Positions 37,712 to 47,890 of a stretch of 64,000 nt of DNA are shown piece after piece. The position numbers and the translations under genes were made by a program. Position 1 is the stretch's first letter, and each line of letters opens with the position of its first letter. Origin of the DNA: Candidatus Latescibacterota bacterium. Its GTDB lineage: Bacteria; Latescibacterota; UBA2968; UBA8231. The notes below the pieces were generated by a model that had not been told where the DNA came from, did not search any database, and saw only the letters and a program-made list of their open reading frames with translations. The stretch spans positions 2,240,001 to 2,304,000 of the forward strand of contig CBDETK010000013.1 in NCBI GenBank assembly GCA_965242865.1. Reading direction: 5' to 3'.

Positions 37712-38939
37712 CGAACATCCGCCTTTGATCGAGCCACACAGTAAGGCAAAGCTAGATGTTTTGCGTAGCTACCTTCGCGCCTATTTTGACAGGCTGAACG
37801 TCAATCCTAATCGCGAAAAATTTAAACTTGATCTCGTCGATGGGTTTGCTGGGGGTGGCACGTTTTGGGACGACGGAGACATCGTGCTTGGTACGCCTTT
37901 GATCATGCTGGAAGAATTCCAAGAGGCAGTAAAAAGACTAAACCGAAATCGCACCAAGTCCCTGAATTTCGATTGCAAATTCTATTTCGTCGATAAGGAA
38001 GCGGCGCATACGGATCATCTTCGAAAGGTCCTGAAGGAGCGCGAATATGTCGTCGATGATGACAAGATCGTTGTCCGTAACAGCCGATTTGAAGAAGAAG
38101 TGGAAAACATTCTGACGGAAATTAGTCACCGGCAGCCTCGCGCTGGTCGCGCAATTTTTCTTCTCGATCAAACTGGATTTTCGCAAGTGAAACTGGAGCT
38201 TGTCGCTCAGATTTTTCGCAAATTGCCAGCGGTGGAGGTCATATTGACGTTCGCTGCCGATGCGCTCATTAACCATCTCGCAGAAACAACATCGCTAATC
38301 AAGGCAGTTGCTCCGCTCGAGCTAACCGAATCACAGATACATGATCTGATTCAGCATAATGATCGCGATGGTGGAAAAGCACTCGTTCAGAGGACATTGC
38401 GTGATCACATTCGCACCATAACAGATGTGCCTTACGATACGCCTTTTTTTATTCGACCCCATCAGTCGCGCCGCGCTTTGTGGTTCCTGCACCTGTCAAG
38501 GCATCCTACAGCGCGTGACGTAATGATCCAGCGTCATTGGGCTATCCAGAACACTTTTGAACACTACGGCCCCGGAGATTTCAATATGCTGGGATGGGAT
38601 GCCTTAAATTCCGAAACTTTGCCGCTGTTCAATTTTAAGAAATTCGATGCTGAGCAGATGCGTAATCAACTGCTGAACTCAGTGCCGAATGAGCTACTCG
38701 CTTTGGCGTCTGAAAATCCGATTACAGTGGACGTGATGCACCATATGTTTGCAAATAAAACGGCTGCTCGATTTTCTGATCTCGATGAAATCATCCTAAG
38801 ACTCTTTAAGGAAAAGGAATTTGATATTTTAGATCCCGCTGGTAAAAGACGCTCGCGTAACCTGAAACGACTTAGACCTACAGATCAGATTGTGCCTTCT
38901 GCGAAGCTACTATTTCCCGGCTTATCGCGCCTGCACTAA
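37689..38939 (+). CDS. tcmP: Three-Cys-motif partner protein (SAM-binding fold with a wHTH-like C-terminus)
   Basis: [27 protein letters not shown]; overlaps the DUF5131 gene. Confidence 0.85.
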   Translation: MNFSWHPNEHPPLIEPHSKAKLDVLRSYLRAYFDRLNVNPNREKFKLDLVDGFAGGGTFWDDGDIVLGTPLIMLEEFQEAVKRLNRNRTKSLNFDCKFYFVDKEAAHTDHLRKVLKEREYVVDDDKIVVRNSRFEEEVENILTEISHRQPRAGRAIFLLDQTGFSQVKLELVAQIFRKLPAVEVILTFAADALINHLAETTSLIKAVAPLELTESQIHDLIQHNDRDGGKALVQRTLRDHIRTITDVPYDTPFFIRPHQSRRALWFLHLSRHPTARDVMIQRHWAIQNTFEHYGPGDFNMLGWDALNSETLPLFNFKKFDAEQMRNQLLNSVPNELLALASENPITVDVMHHMFANKTAARFSDLDEIILRLFKEKEFDILDPAGKRRSRNLKRLRPTDQIVPSAKLLFPGLSRLH

Positions 38940-38941
38940 CT

Positions 38942-41900
38942 TTAGACAACAATTGTTCGGCCCGTCGTCAGCAACATCGCCCCAACCCTCCTCGTCGTCT
39001 CCGCAAAGTACCGCACTTCCTCCGGCGTCAGCACCCGTCCCAACACAGCGTGCTCGCGGTAGGAGAGCCATTTCTTGAGGACTTGGTAGCCGCCGAGTTT
39101 GTACTGCCAAATTGCGGCGGGCACGTTGCGCCAAAAGGCGCGGTCGTTCAGATACACGTCCAGCGTCTTTTCACCGAATACGGGGATGGAATCTCCCAGC
39201 ACGGCGCGTTCGGCTGGGGTGTAGTCGCGCTCGACGAGGCGGCCTTGACCCGGCATTACGGCGTCGCCCGTTGCGAAATGGCCCCATCCGGCAGTGAGCG
39301 CGAAATCGGCACCGGTCATGTTGCGGCCGTCGGTGGTGGCGGGCACGGCGAGGGCGGCGATCTCGGGGCGCAACGCGCCTTGAGTAACGCCCGGCACGGG
39401 GGCGTCGGGATCGAGCAGGTCGGCCAGTTCGCGGCCTCGCGTCGCTGATGCAGCGAGCGTCTCGGTGGCACTGTCCGCTTGGCCATCGGGCCAGCCCGGC
39501 AGGGGGATGCGCGGCCACTCCATCTTGAGCGCCCCGGCATTGGCCGTGCGGTAAGCAGGATCGTGGAGGACGGCGAGGGTGTGGTAGAAGAGGTCTTCGA
39601 CGGTCGCGCCGAGACGTTGAAGATAGCGTTGAGCGGCGGGCGATAGGTTGGGGCGGGTGCTGGCTTGACCGCCGTTGCCGAGGTCGCCCTCCTCGCGCAG
39701 ATAGGCCGGGAACATGCTCGCGCCGCGTTCAATCAGATGCCCCGAGCCCATAATTTTGGTGAAACAGGCTTGCGGCTCGTGGGCGTCTCGGCGCAGGTGC
39801 TGCGCGGCAGACAGCCACAGATTTTCTTCGAATACATGCGGCTTGTACTGGGGGCGCGGTCGGTCAAGCAGCTTTGAATCGCCTTCCCAATACAGCCAGC
39901 GATTGTCAAAGGGGCGGTAGGTGTGGCGGATGAATCCGGCTGGGTTGGGTCCGCCGCGTGCCAGCAGTTCAGTGCGCACGGCGTCGGCGTCGAACTGCGC
40001 GGAGTTTTTCATAATGGCCGGATGGCGGCGGGCGATGGCGTCGTGGCGCAACTCTGCGTTGAAGTACTCGTCGATCCGCGCCTTGAGGGGGTCGAGGTCA
40101 ATGTCGATGAGGAACCCGTTGCGGCTGGTCTTGACGCCGGGGAACGATACTGGAAACAGGTCGAGCAGGGCCGGCCAGTCGAACCAATCCTTGCTGACGG
40201 CCGTTGGCTTGAATGGCAGGCCGAGGCGAAAATTGGGTTTCAGTGCGGTATAGCCTGCATCAATTTCGCCATCAAGGCTGTCCAACAGGGCTTGTCGTCT
40301 TTCATCCGCTCTGGCCTGATGGAAATCGCGATACAGAATGCGTCTGCGCGTCGATAGATCGGCGGTTCCCGACTTGGAGAGCATGGCGATGCTGGTGCCA
40401 ACCCGGATGCCCGGCGATTGTCCCTGAAGCGCAAACACTGTTTCGCTGGTCCGCCCATCGGGTGCGTATTCCGAGATGATGCGGTCGCCGTGCAGATTGT
40501 CAATCCGAACCGCGTCAAATGTCTCCAGATAGCGTTCCCGCATCCCGGTATGCGACAGCCCATCGAGCCACGAGTAATTGGAAATGAAGCACACCACGCC
40601 TTGGCCGGTCTGAGCAATCCGCCGCTCGGCCATGCGGAAAAAGCGGACGTAAAGATCGTTCAGCCCTTGACCTTCGGGACGACGCACCCGCTTAGTCGTG
40701 CGGTAGGCTTCCGACAGTTCCCGCTCTTCGTCCATCGCCATCCCCGCAAAGCCGTTGTAGGGCGGATTGCCGAGAATTACGAGAATCGGCGTGTCCTGTT
40801 TCACCCGCTCGGCGCGGTCGCGTTCCTCCTCCAGTTCGAGAAACGGCAGCGGCTTGGTCGGACGCGGCTCCCAGCCAGTCAGCGCATTGGTCAGAAACAC
40901 TTGGGCGCGTTCCTTCCCGTCATCGGCCAAGGCCGCGTCGAGTGCTTGCATGGTCAGCCCAACTTGCAGATGGGCGACGACAAACGGCGCCGGCATGATC
41001 TCAAAGCCGAACACGCGCTCGGTCGCCGCTTGTTTGACCCGGGCACCCGTCAGCGCACCCAAGCCTTGATTGTCCAAATTGGCGGCGATGCGGCGCAGCA
41101 CCTCGGCCAGGTACGCCCCGGTGCCGCAGCACGGATCGAGCACATAGACGTTTTCCGCGGCCAGCCCGTCGGCCAAGCCGAGATCGTCCCGCAAAGCCTT
41201 GTCCACGCGAGCGACCATGTAGCGCACCACTTCGGATGGCGTGTACCAGACGCCCAACTGCTTACGTAGTTCGGGATCAAAGGCTTGGAGGAACGGCTCG
41301 TAGAAATACGTGACGGCCTCGCCCTCATTGAAGCGAGCAAAGAAGGCGTCGCTATCCACCCGGTCGAGGGCCACCGATGTCCAGTCCAGCACTTCGACGA
41401 GGCCGAGCGGGTACAGCCGACCGGGCTGCGATAGCTGTTGGAACAGGGCCTGCATGACGGGTGCTCGCAAATGCCAAACTGCCGTGCGCCAGTCAAACCG
41501 AGCGGCCTGTGTCGTGTGCCGCGCCCACAGCACCCAAGCGGAGAACACGCCGTAGAACAGCGTCTGCACCAGCGTTGAACGGAAAAACCGCGCCCCCCGC
41601 TCGCCCTCAAAGCGGACGCCAAGGGCCTCTTCCAACGCCGCCCGCACCGCCGCCAACGCCGGCGCATCGCCCGCCGCTTCGACCCGTGCCAGCGCATCGC
41701 GCGCATGAGACGCCAGCAGCCACGCCAAGTCCTTCGGCTCGGCCAGTCGCGCCCGATGCGACAACACCCGACACAGGTATTCCCCGAACCCCGCGCCCAC
41801 CGCGCGAGCAAAAGTACGCGGACTCTCTAAGCGTTGTGCGAATTCCTCGGCACTTTCGGCCAGCCGGAACGTTTCGAGCGTGGCCGGTCGCCCGGCTGCG

Positions 41901-42307
41901 TCCTCGCCGACCAGCACGAAGTCGCGCGTATTGGTCGCCAGCACCCGCCGATAGCGGCCCCAATAGCGGCTGACCTGATCGCCCGCCGCCGTCAACCAAG
42001 CGTCATCATCAGCCGCTTTCACTTCCACTACACCCCCTTCGGGCACTTGTCCCTGTTTGGGTTGCCCTTTCTGTACCTGATTCGCCGCATACAGCCCAAA
42101 GTCGGGATGCCCCGCGCCCTGATCGGCCAACTCGCCAACGCAAAACACCTTGGGCTTGAGCGTCGCGCCGATGGCATTCAGCAGACCCGCCAGCGGCCCA
42201 TAGCTCGACCGCTCGCCAGTCGCGCCGCCCGATGAACGAATCCGTTGCAGATCGGCGAGATAGGTTTCTACCGCGGCCGTTAGCCGCGCTGTCGTTTTCG
42301 TCGCCAC
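38942..42307 (-). CDS. Single-chain R-M enzyme (Type IIG / Type ISP-like): nuclease, N6 methyltransferase and specificity domain
   Basis: HPDF...VEVK (PD-ExK), GVWYTP, LDPCCGTG, GNPPY, YRPFD, GGYQVLKKWL; no helicase motifs seen. Confidence 0.85.
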   Translation of the reverse strand: MATKTTARLTAAVETYLADLQRIRSSGGATGERSSYGPLAGLLNAIGATLKPKVFCVGELADQGAGHPDFGLYAANQVQKGQPKQGQVPEGGVVEVKAADDDAWLTAAGDQVSRYWGRYRRVLATNTRDFVLVGEDAAGRPATLETFRLAESAEEFAQRLESPRTFARAVGAGFGEYLCRVLSHRARLAEPKDLAWLLASHARDALARVEAAGDAPALAAVRAALEEALGVRFEGERGARFFRSTLVQTLFYGVFSAWVLWARHTTQAARFDWRTAVWHLRAPVMQALFQQLSQPGRLYPLGLVEVLDWTSVALDRVDSDAFFARFNEGEAVTYFYEPFLQAFDPELRKQLGVWYTPSEVVRYMVARVDKALRDDLGLADGLAAENVYVLDPCCGTGAYLAEVLRRIAANLDNQGLGALTGARVKQAATERVFGFEIMPAPFVVAHLQVGLTMQALDAALADDGKERAQVFLTNALTGWEPRPTKPLPFLELEEERDRAERVKQDTPILVILGNPPYNGFAGMAMDEERELSEAYRTTKRVRRPEGQGLNDLYVRFFRMAERRIAQTGQGVVCFISNYSWLDGLSHTGMRERYLETFDAVRIDNLHGDRIISEYAPDGRTSETVFALQGQSPGIRVGTSIAMLSKSGTADLSTRRRILYRDFHQARADERRQALLDSLDGEIDAGYTALKPNFRLGLPFKPTAVSKDWFDWPALLDLFPVSFPGVKTSRNGFLIDIDLDPLKARIDEYFNAELRHDAIARRHPAIMKNSAQFDADAVRTELLARGGPNPAGFIRHTYRPFDNRWLYWEGDSKLLDRPRPQYKPHVFEENLWLSAAQHLRRDAHEPQACFTKIMGSGHLIERGASMFPAYLREEGDLGNGGQASTRPNLSPAAQRYLQRLGATVEDLFYHTLAVLHDPAYRTANAGALKMEWPRIPLPGWPDGQADSATETLAASATRGRELADLLDPDAPVPGVTQGALRPEIAALAVPATTDGRNMTGADFALTAGWGHFATGDAVMPGQGRLVERDYTPAERAVLGDSIPVFGEKTLDVYLNDRAFWRNVPAAIWQYKLGGYQVLKKWLSYREHAVLGRVLTPEEVRYFAETTRRVGAMLLTTGRTIVV

Positions 42308-42310
42308 CTG

Positions 42311-42832
42311 TTATAACCTCTCCGGTGCTCCGAGTTTCTCGAGGCGCTCAACCCACGCCTTAAAGTGAGGACACTTGGAGCAGATATTCTCCAAGCCAAT
42401 CTGTTCGGCCATCTGTGGTCCTACCGTTGTTTTCGAGGATTCGTATTCGGGAAATTGGGCGATGATCCGCTTCGATGGAGCCGTGTGTTGCCCGTCGTCG
42501 ATCCGTTCTGGGGGCTGGACATCATGCAAAGCGGAAATTTGGGAATCGGCATTGTCAAAGAAGAAAGCGAACAGGGATACATCACAAAACAAATACGCTT
42601 CAAATTCATGCAACTGAATGACCGACTCCTGCTTGAGACGGCAGTTGATGTCGTTTTGCATCGCTGGGAAATTTCTTCCTCCGCCGCGATGAATTCTTCC
42701 CCTCCTTCGGGAGTGTGCAATCAAGGTCGGCTTCTGCATATAGACGCCGAAATTCGCCAGATGCGGCTTCAAGACCGTATCGGCAAACGTCTGTTCGGTT
42801 AAACCTTCGACGAAGAGAGAAAGCCGCGCCAT
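42311..42832 (-). CDS. DUF4276 (TOPRIM-like) protein with an apparent in-frame internal deletion; possible pseudogene
   Basis: FVEGLTE, IQLHEFEA, TAPSKRI, CPHF..W; only 173 aa; TGATG overlap with the ATPase. Confidence 0.75.
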   Translation of the reverse strand: MARLSLFVEGLTEQTFADTVLKPHLANFGVYMQKPTLIAHSRRRGRIHRGGGRNFPAMQNDINCRLKQESVIQLHEFEAYLFCDVSLFAFFFDNADSQISALHDVQPPERIDDGQHTAPSKRIIAQFPEYESSKTTVGPQMAEQIGLENICSKCPHFKAWVERLEKLGAPERL

Positions 42833-43932
42833 CAGTGCGGCCCTCCGCCGATGACGTTTTTCTCCCAGATTTCCCCAAGCGAGTAGTCCTTCAACCATGT
42901 GTTGAGCTTTTCGGCCTCTAGCCGGTTGAACTCCGTAGCTGCATTCTTTAACTCAACGACCACGATGTCCTCCGGCTCAAAGCTATCGAGAAACGCGCTG
43001 GACTGGGTGCTGACGAGAACCTGCGTATGGTGGCTTGCAGCGCGAATCAGCGAGGCAATCACACTGAGCGCGTAAGGGTGTAATCCGAGTTCCGGTTCAT
43101 CCACCACAATCAGATAGGGGAGATTTCCCTTGGGCTGTAATAACAGCGAAATCAGGCAGATGGCCCGCAGTGTGCCGTCCGAGAGTTGATGGGGGCCAAA
43201 AACGAGATCGGACTCGCAATGCCGCCAGTTGAGAATGATGTCTTTAGAATCGGTCGGCTCCAAATCAAAGTCTGCAAAGAACGGTGCCACCTGCCGAATG
43301 GTCCGCACGATCCGGCGATACACCGTTTCTTTGCGGGACTTGAGTTCATGTAGGATCGCGGCCAAATTCGCCGCATCGGGCATCAGCCAGCGATTGTCGC
43401 CGACGTAACAATACTGCCGGACTCTCGAAGCCGGCGAGGTATCGTGGAAGTGATAGACGCGACAGCGGTTCAGCAAATGCCTGAGTGCTTTTGCCGTCGG
43501 TTCGTCCTTTTCAGCCTCGTCGCCAATCCGCGTTTCCTGATGGCCTACCCCCAGCGATACGACCTTGGGGCGCGGAAAATTTGTTTGCTGGAAGGAAAGC
43601 GTCTCTTCGGCAAAAATCATCGAATCACCGGCCGCGTGAAACAGCCGCATCCGATAGGTGTCTGTTCCATTCTCTACCTCAAACGCCAGCTCCGCTTCCA
43701 ATTGAGGAGTTATCCTCGGGCCAAAATGCAGATTGGCCGTGGCCCGTCCGGTCGCCCCAATATGCTGCTGAAGCCGTCCGCCCATTAATTCATTTACTAG
43801 CTTGAAGAAGGCAATCAGATTGCTCTTACCCGCTCCATTGGCCCCGATCAAAACATTGAGCGGCCTAAGTTCCAGCGTCATTTCTTTGATGGACCGAAAG
43901 CCCCTGATCCTGATATTCTTCAATGTTGGCAT
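42832..43932 (-). CDS. ABC-type ATPase (AAA_21)
   Basis: GFRSI, GANGAGKSN, LSDGT, VDEPELGLHP, STQS; RBS GAGGAAG. Confidence 0.9.
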   Translation of the reverse strand: MPTLKNIRIRGFRSIKEMTLELRPLNVLIGANGAGKSNLIAFFKLVNELMGGRLQQHIGATGRATANLHFGPRITPQLEAELAFEVENGTDTYRMRLFHAAGDSMIFAEETLSFQQTNFPRPKVVSLGVGHQETRIGDEAEKDEPTAKALRHLLNRCRVYHFHDTSPASRVRQYCYVGDNRWLMPDAANLAAILHELKSRKETVYRRIVRTIRQVAPFFADFDLEPTDSKDIILNWRHCESDLVFGPHQLSDGTLRAICLISLLLQPKGNLPYLIVVDEPELGLHPYALSVIASLIRAASHHTQVLVSTQSSAFLDSFEPEDIVVVELKNAATEFNRLEAEKLNTWLKDYSLGEIWEKNVIGGGPH

Positions 43933-44077
43933 ATTACTTCCTCGCGGTTGTGAAGGTTCAATCGCAGCGGTTCGTCGTGCCCTCGTTTCGTCATCATTTA
44001 TATTATGGCCTAAAGAAGGCCCCTCCCACCGGCGATGCAAGCGAGGAGGCGGGGCTAGACGACGGACGTGAGAGAGC

Positions 44078-45271
44078 ATGGAGCAACGCCTAATGGAAAA
44101 GTTAATCGCCGCGGTTGACCGAGAATGGGTGGCCGAGCGGACCCGGGAATTGGTCGATGTTTACAGCGTAACCATGGCCGAAGCCGAAGTGTGCCGCGTC
44201 TATGAGGACATGATGCGCGAGGTCGGCTTGGCGGTTGATGTGCGAGAAGTCACCCCGGGGCGCAACAACCTCTACGCGCGCATCGCGGGCCGAGGGGATG
44301 GTCCCGCGCTGATGCTCAACGGTCATCTCGACACCATTCCCGTGGGAGCCTGCCCGCCCGCTCGGCGCGAAGGCAACCGCGTGTACGGACGGGGCGCGAC
44401 CGACATGAAGGGGGGCATGGCCGCGGCCTTGGGCGCGGTCAAGGCGCTCTTGGAAAGCGGGGTGGAACTGCGGGGCGACTTGTGGCTGACGGCCATTGTG
44501 GGGCACGAGGAGATCGAGGCGCGCAAGGACGGGCCGCTGGCCCTAATCGCAGATCGCAACGGCGGCCGGATCGGCGGCGACCGAATTTTGATCGTCGAGG
44601 GCCGCGACGCGCTGTGGGTGATGAGCATGGGGTCCATGGTCTTTACCATCGCGCTCGAATCGGCCGCCGGCGGCCAGCACACCCAGTACGTGCCCTTTGC
44701 GGAGAACCCGCTCCGCTTTGTGGGGGCGCTCATCGAGCAAATCTACCAGTGTCAACGCGCACTCAACGCCGGGCCAGCACATGCGCTAGCCGGCGCCGAG
44801 CGAATCGACTTGGGCATGGTGGCCGGGGGCGATTACTTCAATCGCACGCCCCTGTGCTGTACGCTGACGGGAACTCGGCGTTGGCTGCCGGGGCGCACCG
44901 CGCCGGAGGTATTGGCGGAGTTGGAAGCGCTGGCGCGGCCAGTGGCCGAGGCGGGAAGGTTGGGCCTGCGGGTCGAGATGGAGCACGAGCGCGAGCCTTT
45001 TGAGACGCCGGCCGACGATGCGGCCGTGCAAGCGGTGGGCCGAGCGCACCAGCAGGTGACCGGCCAAGCGGCCGAGCTCGTGGGGATGCGGATTGTGGGG
45101 GACGCCAATTTGTACGTGCATGGGACGGGGGTGCCGACCTTTTACTATGGCCCCTCAAACGAGACGGCGCACGCGGATGTGGAGTGGGTAGAGGTGGACC
45201 GGCTGGAAAGGGCGGCGCAAGTGTACGCGCTGGCCGCCGCCGAGTACTGCGTCGTCGCATCCCCGGATTGA
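44078..45271 (+). CDS. M20/M25/M40 metallo-hydrolase (ArgE/DapE-like)
   Basis: NGHLDT, GRGATDMKGG, HEE, AHADVE. Confidence 0.9.
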   Translation: MEQRLMEKLIAAVDREWVAERTRELVDVYSVTMAEAEVCRVYEDMMREVGLAVDVREVTPGRNNLYARIAGRGDGPALMLNGHLDTIPVGACPPARREGNRVYGRGATDMKGGMAAALGAVKALLESGVELRGDLWLTAIVGHEEIEARKDGPLALIADRNGGRIGGDRILIVEGRDALWVMSMGSMVFTIALESAAGGQHTQYVPFAENPLRFVGALIEQIYQCQRALNAGPAHALAGAERIDLGMVAGGDYFNRTPLCCTLTGTRRWLPGRTAPEVLAELEALARPVAEAGRLGLRVEMEHEREPFETPADDAAVQAVGRAHQQVTGQAAELVGMRIVGDANLYVHGTGVPTFYYGPSNETAHADVEWVEVDRLERAAQVYALAAAEYCVVASPD

Positions 45272-45276
45272 ATGCT

Positions 45277-46440
45277 ATGGATGTCCAAGCGATTCGCCGC
45301 GACTTCCCCGCGCTAGACCAGTACACTTGGTTCCAGAATGGCGGGGTGAGCATCACGCCGAGGCCGGTGGCCGCCGAGTACGCGCGGTGGACGGAAGAGA
45401 CGGTGCGGCGGGGGCCTTTGCACATCGTCTATCCAGAAGAGGAGTATCCGCGGCGCAAGGCGGCCATGGACCAGCTCGCGCGGTTTTTTGGGGTGGCGGC
45501 TAGAGAGCTGGCCTTGATGCGAGGAGTCAGCGAGGGGTTTCAGACGGTGGTGCGGGGGATGGACTGGGCGGCTGGAGACGAGATCGTGATCAGCGCGGAC
45601 GAGGAAGCGGCCCTGCTTTTGCCAGCCCTGCACTTGCGGGATGTGCATGGGGTCGAGGTGGTCCGGGTGCCGCTAATTGACGACGACGCTGGACAGGTGC
45701 AGGCCGTGGCGGAGCGGCTGGGGGCGCGGACCAAGCTGGTGGCCCTGAGCCACGTGACGACGGACTTGGGATTCCGCTTACCAGTAGAGCGGATTTGCGC
45801 TGCGGCACGGGCGCGAGGGGTGCGTAGCTTTGTGGATCTGGCGCATTCGGCCGGGCTGTATCCTTTGGACTTGCACGCGCTCGGATGCGACTTTGCCGGT
45901 TTGCTCTCCTACAAGTGGATGTACGCGCCGTATGCGGCGGGGTTGCTCTACGTGCGGCCGGAGGCCCTCGACGCGGTGCAGGTGCGCTATGCCGGCGGCC
46001 GGGCCGAGCAGTGGTTGGACCCGGCGGCGGGCACCTTCGCGCTGCACGAGACAGCCGAGCGCTTTCAGTACGGTCCTTGGTGCTGGCCGCTGGTGCTGGC
46101 TTGGGCTGGTGCGGTCGAGTACTTGTCGGCCATCGGGCTGGAGGCGATCTGGGCGCGGACCGTGGCGTTGGCCGAGCGGCTGAAGGAGGGGCTGGCGCAA
46201 CTTCCGGGCGCGGTGCTCTACACGCCGCGCTCCCCCCAGCGGTCGGCCGCGCTGGTCAGCTTTGGGCTGGCCGGCTGGAAGGGGGAGGAACTAAGCCGCG
46301 TCCTTCGATCAGAGTGGAACATGGTGATCAAGCCGCTGCCGCACGGGCGCGAAGGGTTGCGCGCCAGCATTGCCTTTTTCTTGCTAGAAGCCGAAATCGA
46401 CGCGCTGCTCGCGGCACTGGGCCGCTTGCAAAGGAACTAG
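45277..46440 (+). CDS. Class V PLP-dependent aminotransferase (cysteine desulfurase-like)
   Basis: IRRDFP, LSHV, VDLAHSAG, SYKWMYAP. Confidence 0.88.
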   Translation: MDVQAIRRDFPALDQYTWFQNGGVSITPRPVAAEYARWTEETVRRGPLHIVYPEEEYPRRKAAMDQLARFFGVAARELALMRGVSEGFQTVVRGMDWAAGDEIVISADEEAALLLPALHLRDVHGVEVVRVPLIDDDAGQVQAVAERLGARTKLVALSHVTTDLGFRLPVERICAAARARGVRSFVDLAHSAGLYPLDLHALGCDFAGLLSYKWMYAPYAAGLLYVRPEALDAVQVRYAGGRAEQWLDPAAGTFALHETAERFQYGPWCWPLVLAWAGAVEYLSAIGLEAIWARTVALAERLKEGLAQLPGAVLYTPRSPQRSAALVSFGLAGWKGEELSRVLRSEWNMVIKPLPHGREGLRASIAFFLLEAEIDALLAALGRLQRN

Positions 46441-46445
46441 ATAAG

Positions 46446-47738
46446 ATGACCATCGACGAGCTGCTTGACGACGCGCAACAATTCTGGCGGACCGTCCACG
46501 CCGAGGCATTGATCCCGGAGCTTGGGGTACAGGTGGCCGCGGTTCTCGTCGCGCTGGTGATCGGCCTAGTGATCCGAAACCGGGTCCGCGGGTTTGCGGC
46601 TGAGCCGAACGCCGGGCCGCTGAGCTACCTGCGTACCATGCTCTACCGGACGCGCAATCTAGCCGCTCCCGCGCTCAGTGTGCTGCTGTTGGGCGTCGCG
46701 ATTGAGATCTGCGTCGCGTCCGTGGGCCAGAGTTGGCTGGTCCGAATGGCCCAAAGCGTTGCGGTGGTCGTGCTCCTCTATCGCGTCGTCGCAAATTTTG
46801 TTGGGAATCCGCTCGTTGCCGCTCTGTTCAGGTGGCTCGTGATCCCCGTGGCGACGCTTCGCGTCTTAGGTTGGCTCGATGAAGTCAGTGCGTGGCTCGA
46901 TGCGGTTTCCCTCGATATTGGTAGCATCCGAATTTCTCTGCTCGCGCTCGGGCGCACCTTGATTGCGGGCGGGGTGCTGTTTTGGCTCGGCAGCCTCTTA
47001 AACGCATTTGGCAAGGAAGCCATTCGCAACCTGCACACGCTGGGGGTCGGTACGCGTGAGTTGGTCATCAAGTTGTTCCAAATCGGACTGTATGCCGGTA
47101 TCTTCCTGCTGCTGCTTGGGGCGATGGGTATCAATCTCACCGCGCTCGCGGTGTTTGGCGGCGCACTGGGCATCGGGCTTGGGTTCGGCCTGCAAAAGAT
47201 CGCCGCGAATTTTATCTCTGGAATCATCATTCTCTTTGACCGCTCGATCGTACCCGGCGACTACATTGGGTTTGACGACGGACGCGCCGGGACGCTGCGC
47301 GAACTGAATATGCGGTCGGCAACGCTGGAGACCTTTGACGGCAAGGACATCATCATTCCGAATGAACAGTTCATCACGCTGTCCTTTGTCAACTGGACTC
47401 ATAACAAAAAAAAACAGCGCTACTCTCTTGAATTTTCAGTGGCCTATAAGACGGATCTGCGTGCCGTGCTCCAGCTCGTGAAGGAGGCTGTCGCCCGGCA
47501 CCCCAAGGTGCTGTCTGGACCGGAGTTGCCCATTGAGGAGCAGCCGGACGCGGAAATCAGCAGCTTCGGCGATTCGGGCGTCAACATCCTAGTTGAGTTT
47601 TGGATGCTCGGGATTGATGACGGGAAAAACCGAGTCCGCGCCGATTTGCTCCTTATGATTTGGGACGTACTAAAAGAGAACGCCATTGAAATTCCGTTCC
47701 CGCAACGCGACGTCCGGATTGTCCGCGCCGAGCCGTAG
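46446..47738 (+). CDS. Small-conductance mechanosensitive channel (MscS family)
   Basis: GGALGIGLGFGLQ..ANFISG, GDYI, IIIPN, FGDSG, IEIPFPQRD. Confidence 0.92.
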   Translation: MTIDELLDDAQQFWRTVHAEALIPELGVQVAAVLVALVIGLVIRNRVRGFAAEPNAGPLSYLRTMLYRTRNLAAPALSVLLLGVAIEICVASVGQSWLVRMAQSVAVVVLLYRVVANFVGNPLVAALFRWLVIPVATLRVLGWLDEVSAWLDAVSLDIGSIRISLLALGRTLIAGGVLFWLGSLLNAFGKEAIRNLHTLGVGTRELVIKLFQIGLYAGIFLLLLGAMGINLTALAVFGGALGIGLGFGLQKIAANFISGIIILFDRSIVPGDYIGFDDGRAGTLRELNMRSATLETFDGKDIIIPNEQFITLSFVNWTHNKKKQRYSLEFSVAYKTDLRAVLQLVKEAVARHPKVLSGPELPIEEQPDAEISSFGDSGVNILVEFWMLGIDDGKNRVRADLLLMIWDVLKENAIEIPFPQRDVRIVRAEP

Positions 47739-47781
47739 GGCGTCCTCAGAGGCGTTACCTCGCTTAAATGCCTTGGCTCCT

Positions 47782-47867
47782 GGGCGCGAGAGCTTGCGCG
47801 TCCGCATTGCCTTTTTCTTTTATTTACTACCGAAATTGACGAGTTGCTCGCGGCATTGGGCCGCTTG
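47782..47867 (+). repeat. Degenerate copy of the aminotransferase 3' end (46345..46428)
   Basis: Shared blocks GGGCGCGA, TTGCGCG, GCATTGCCTTTTTCTT, CCGAAATYGACG and TGCTCGCGGCAYTGGGCCGCTTG. Confidence 0.8.
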
Positions 47868-47890
47868 GCCGAGAGGAGAAAGCAGACGCG

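Larger units (their letters stand above)
36646..44077. mobile_element. Putative defence island (no integrase or transposase seen)
   Basis: Five defence-associated genes, mostly lower GC, interrupting a run of co-oriented peptidase genes. Boundaries are approximate. Confidence 0.5.

Noticed and set aside
36630-44077. Direct repeats (att sites) bounding the defence island
   Set aside because: Only a 7-nt GTGAGAG match was found, which is too short to be meaningful, and there is no integrase or tRNA.
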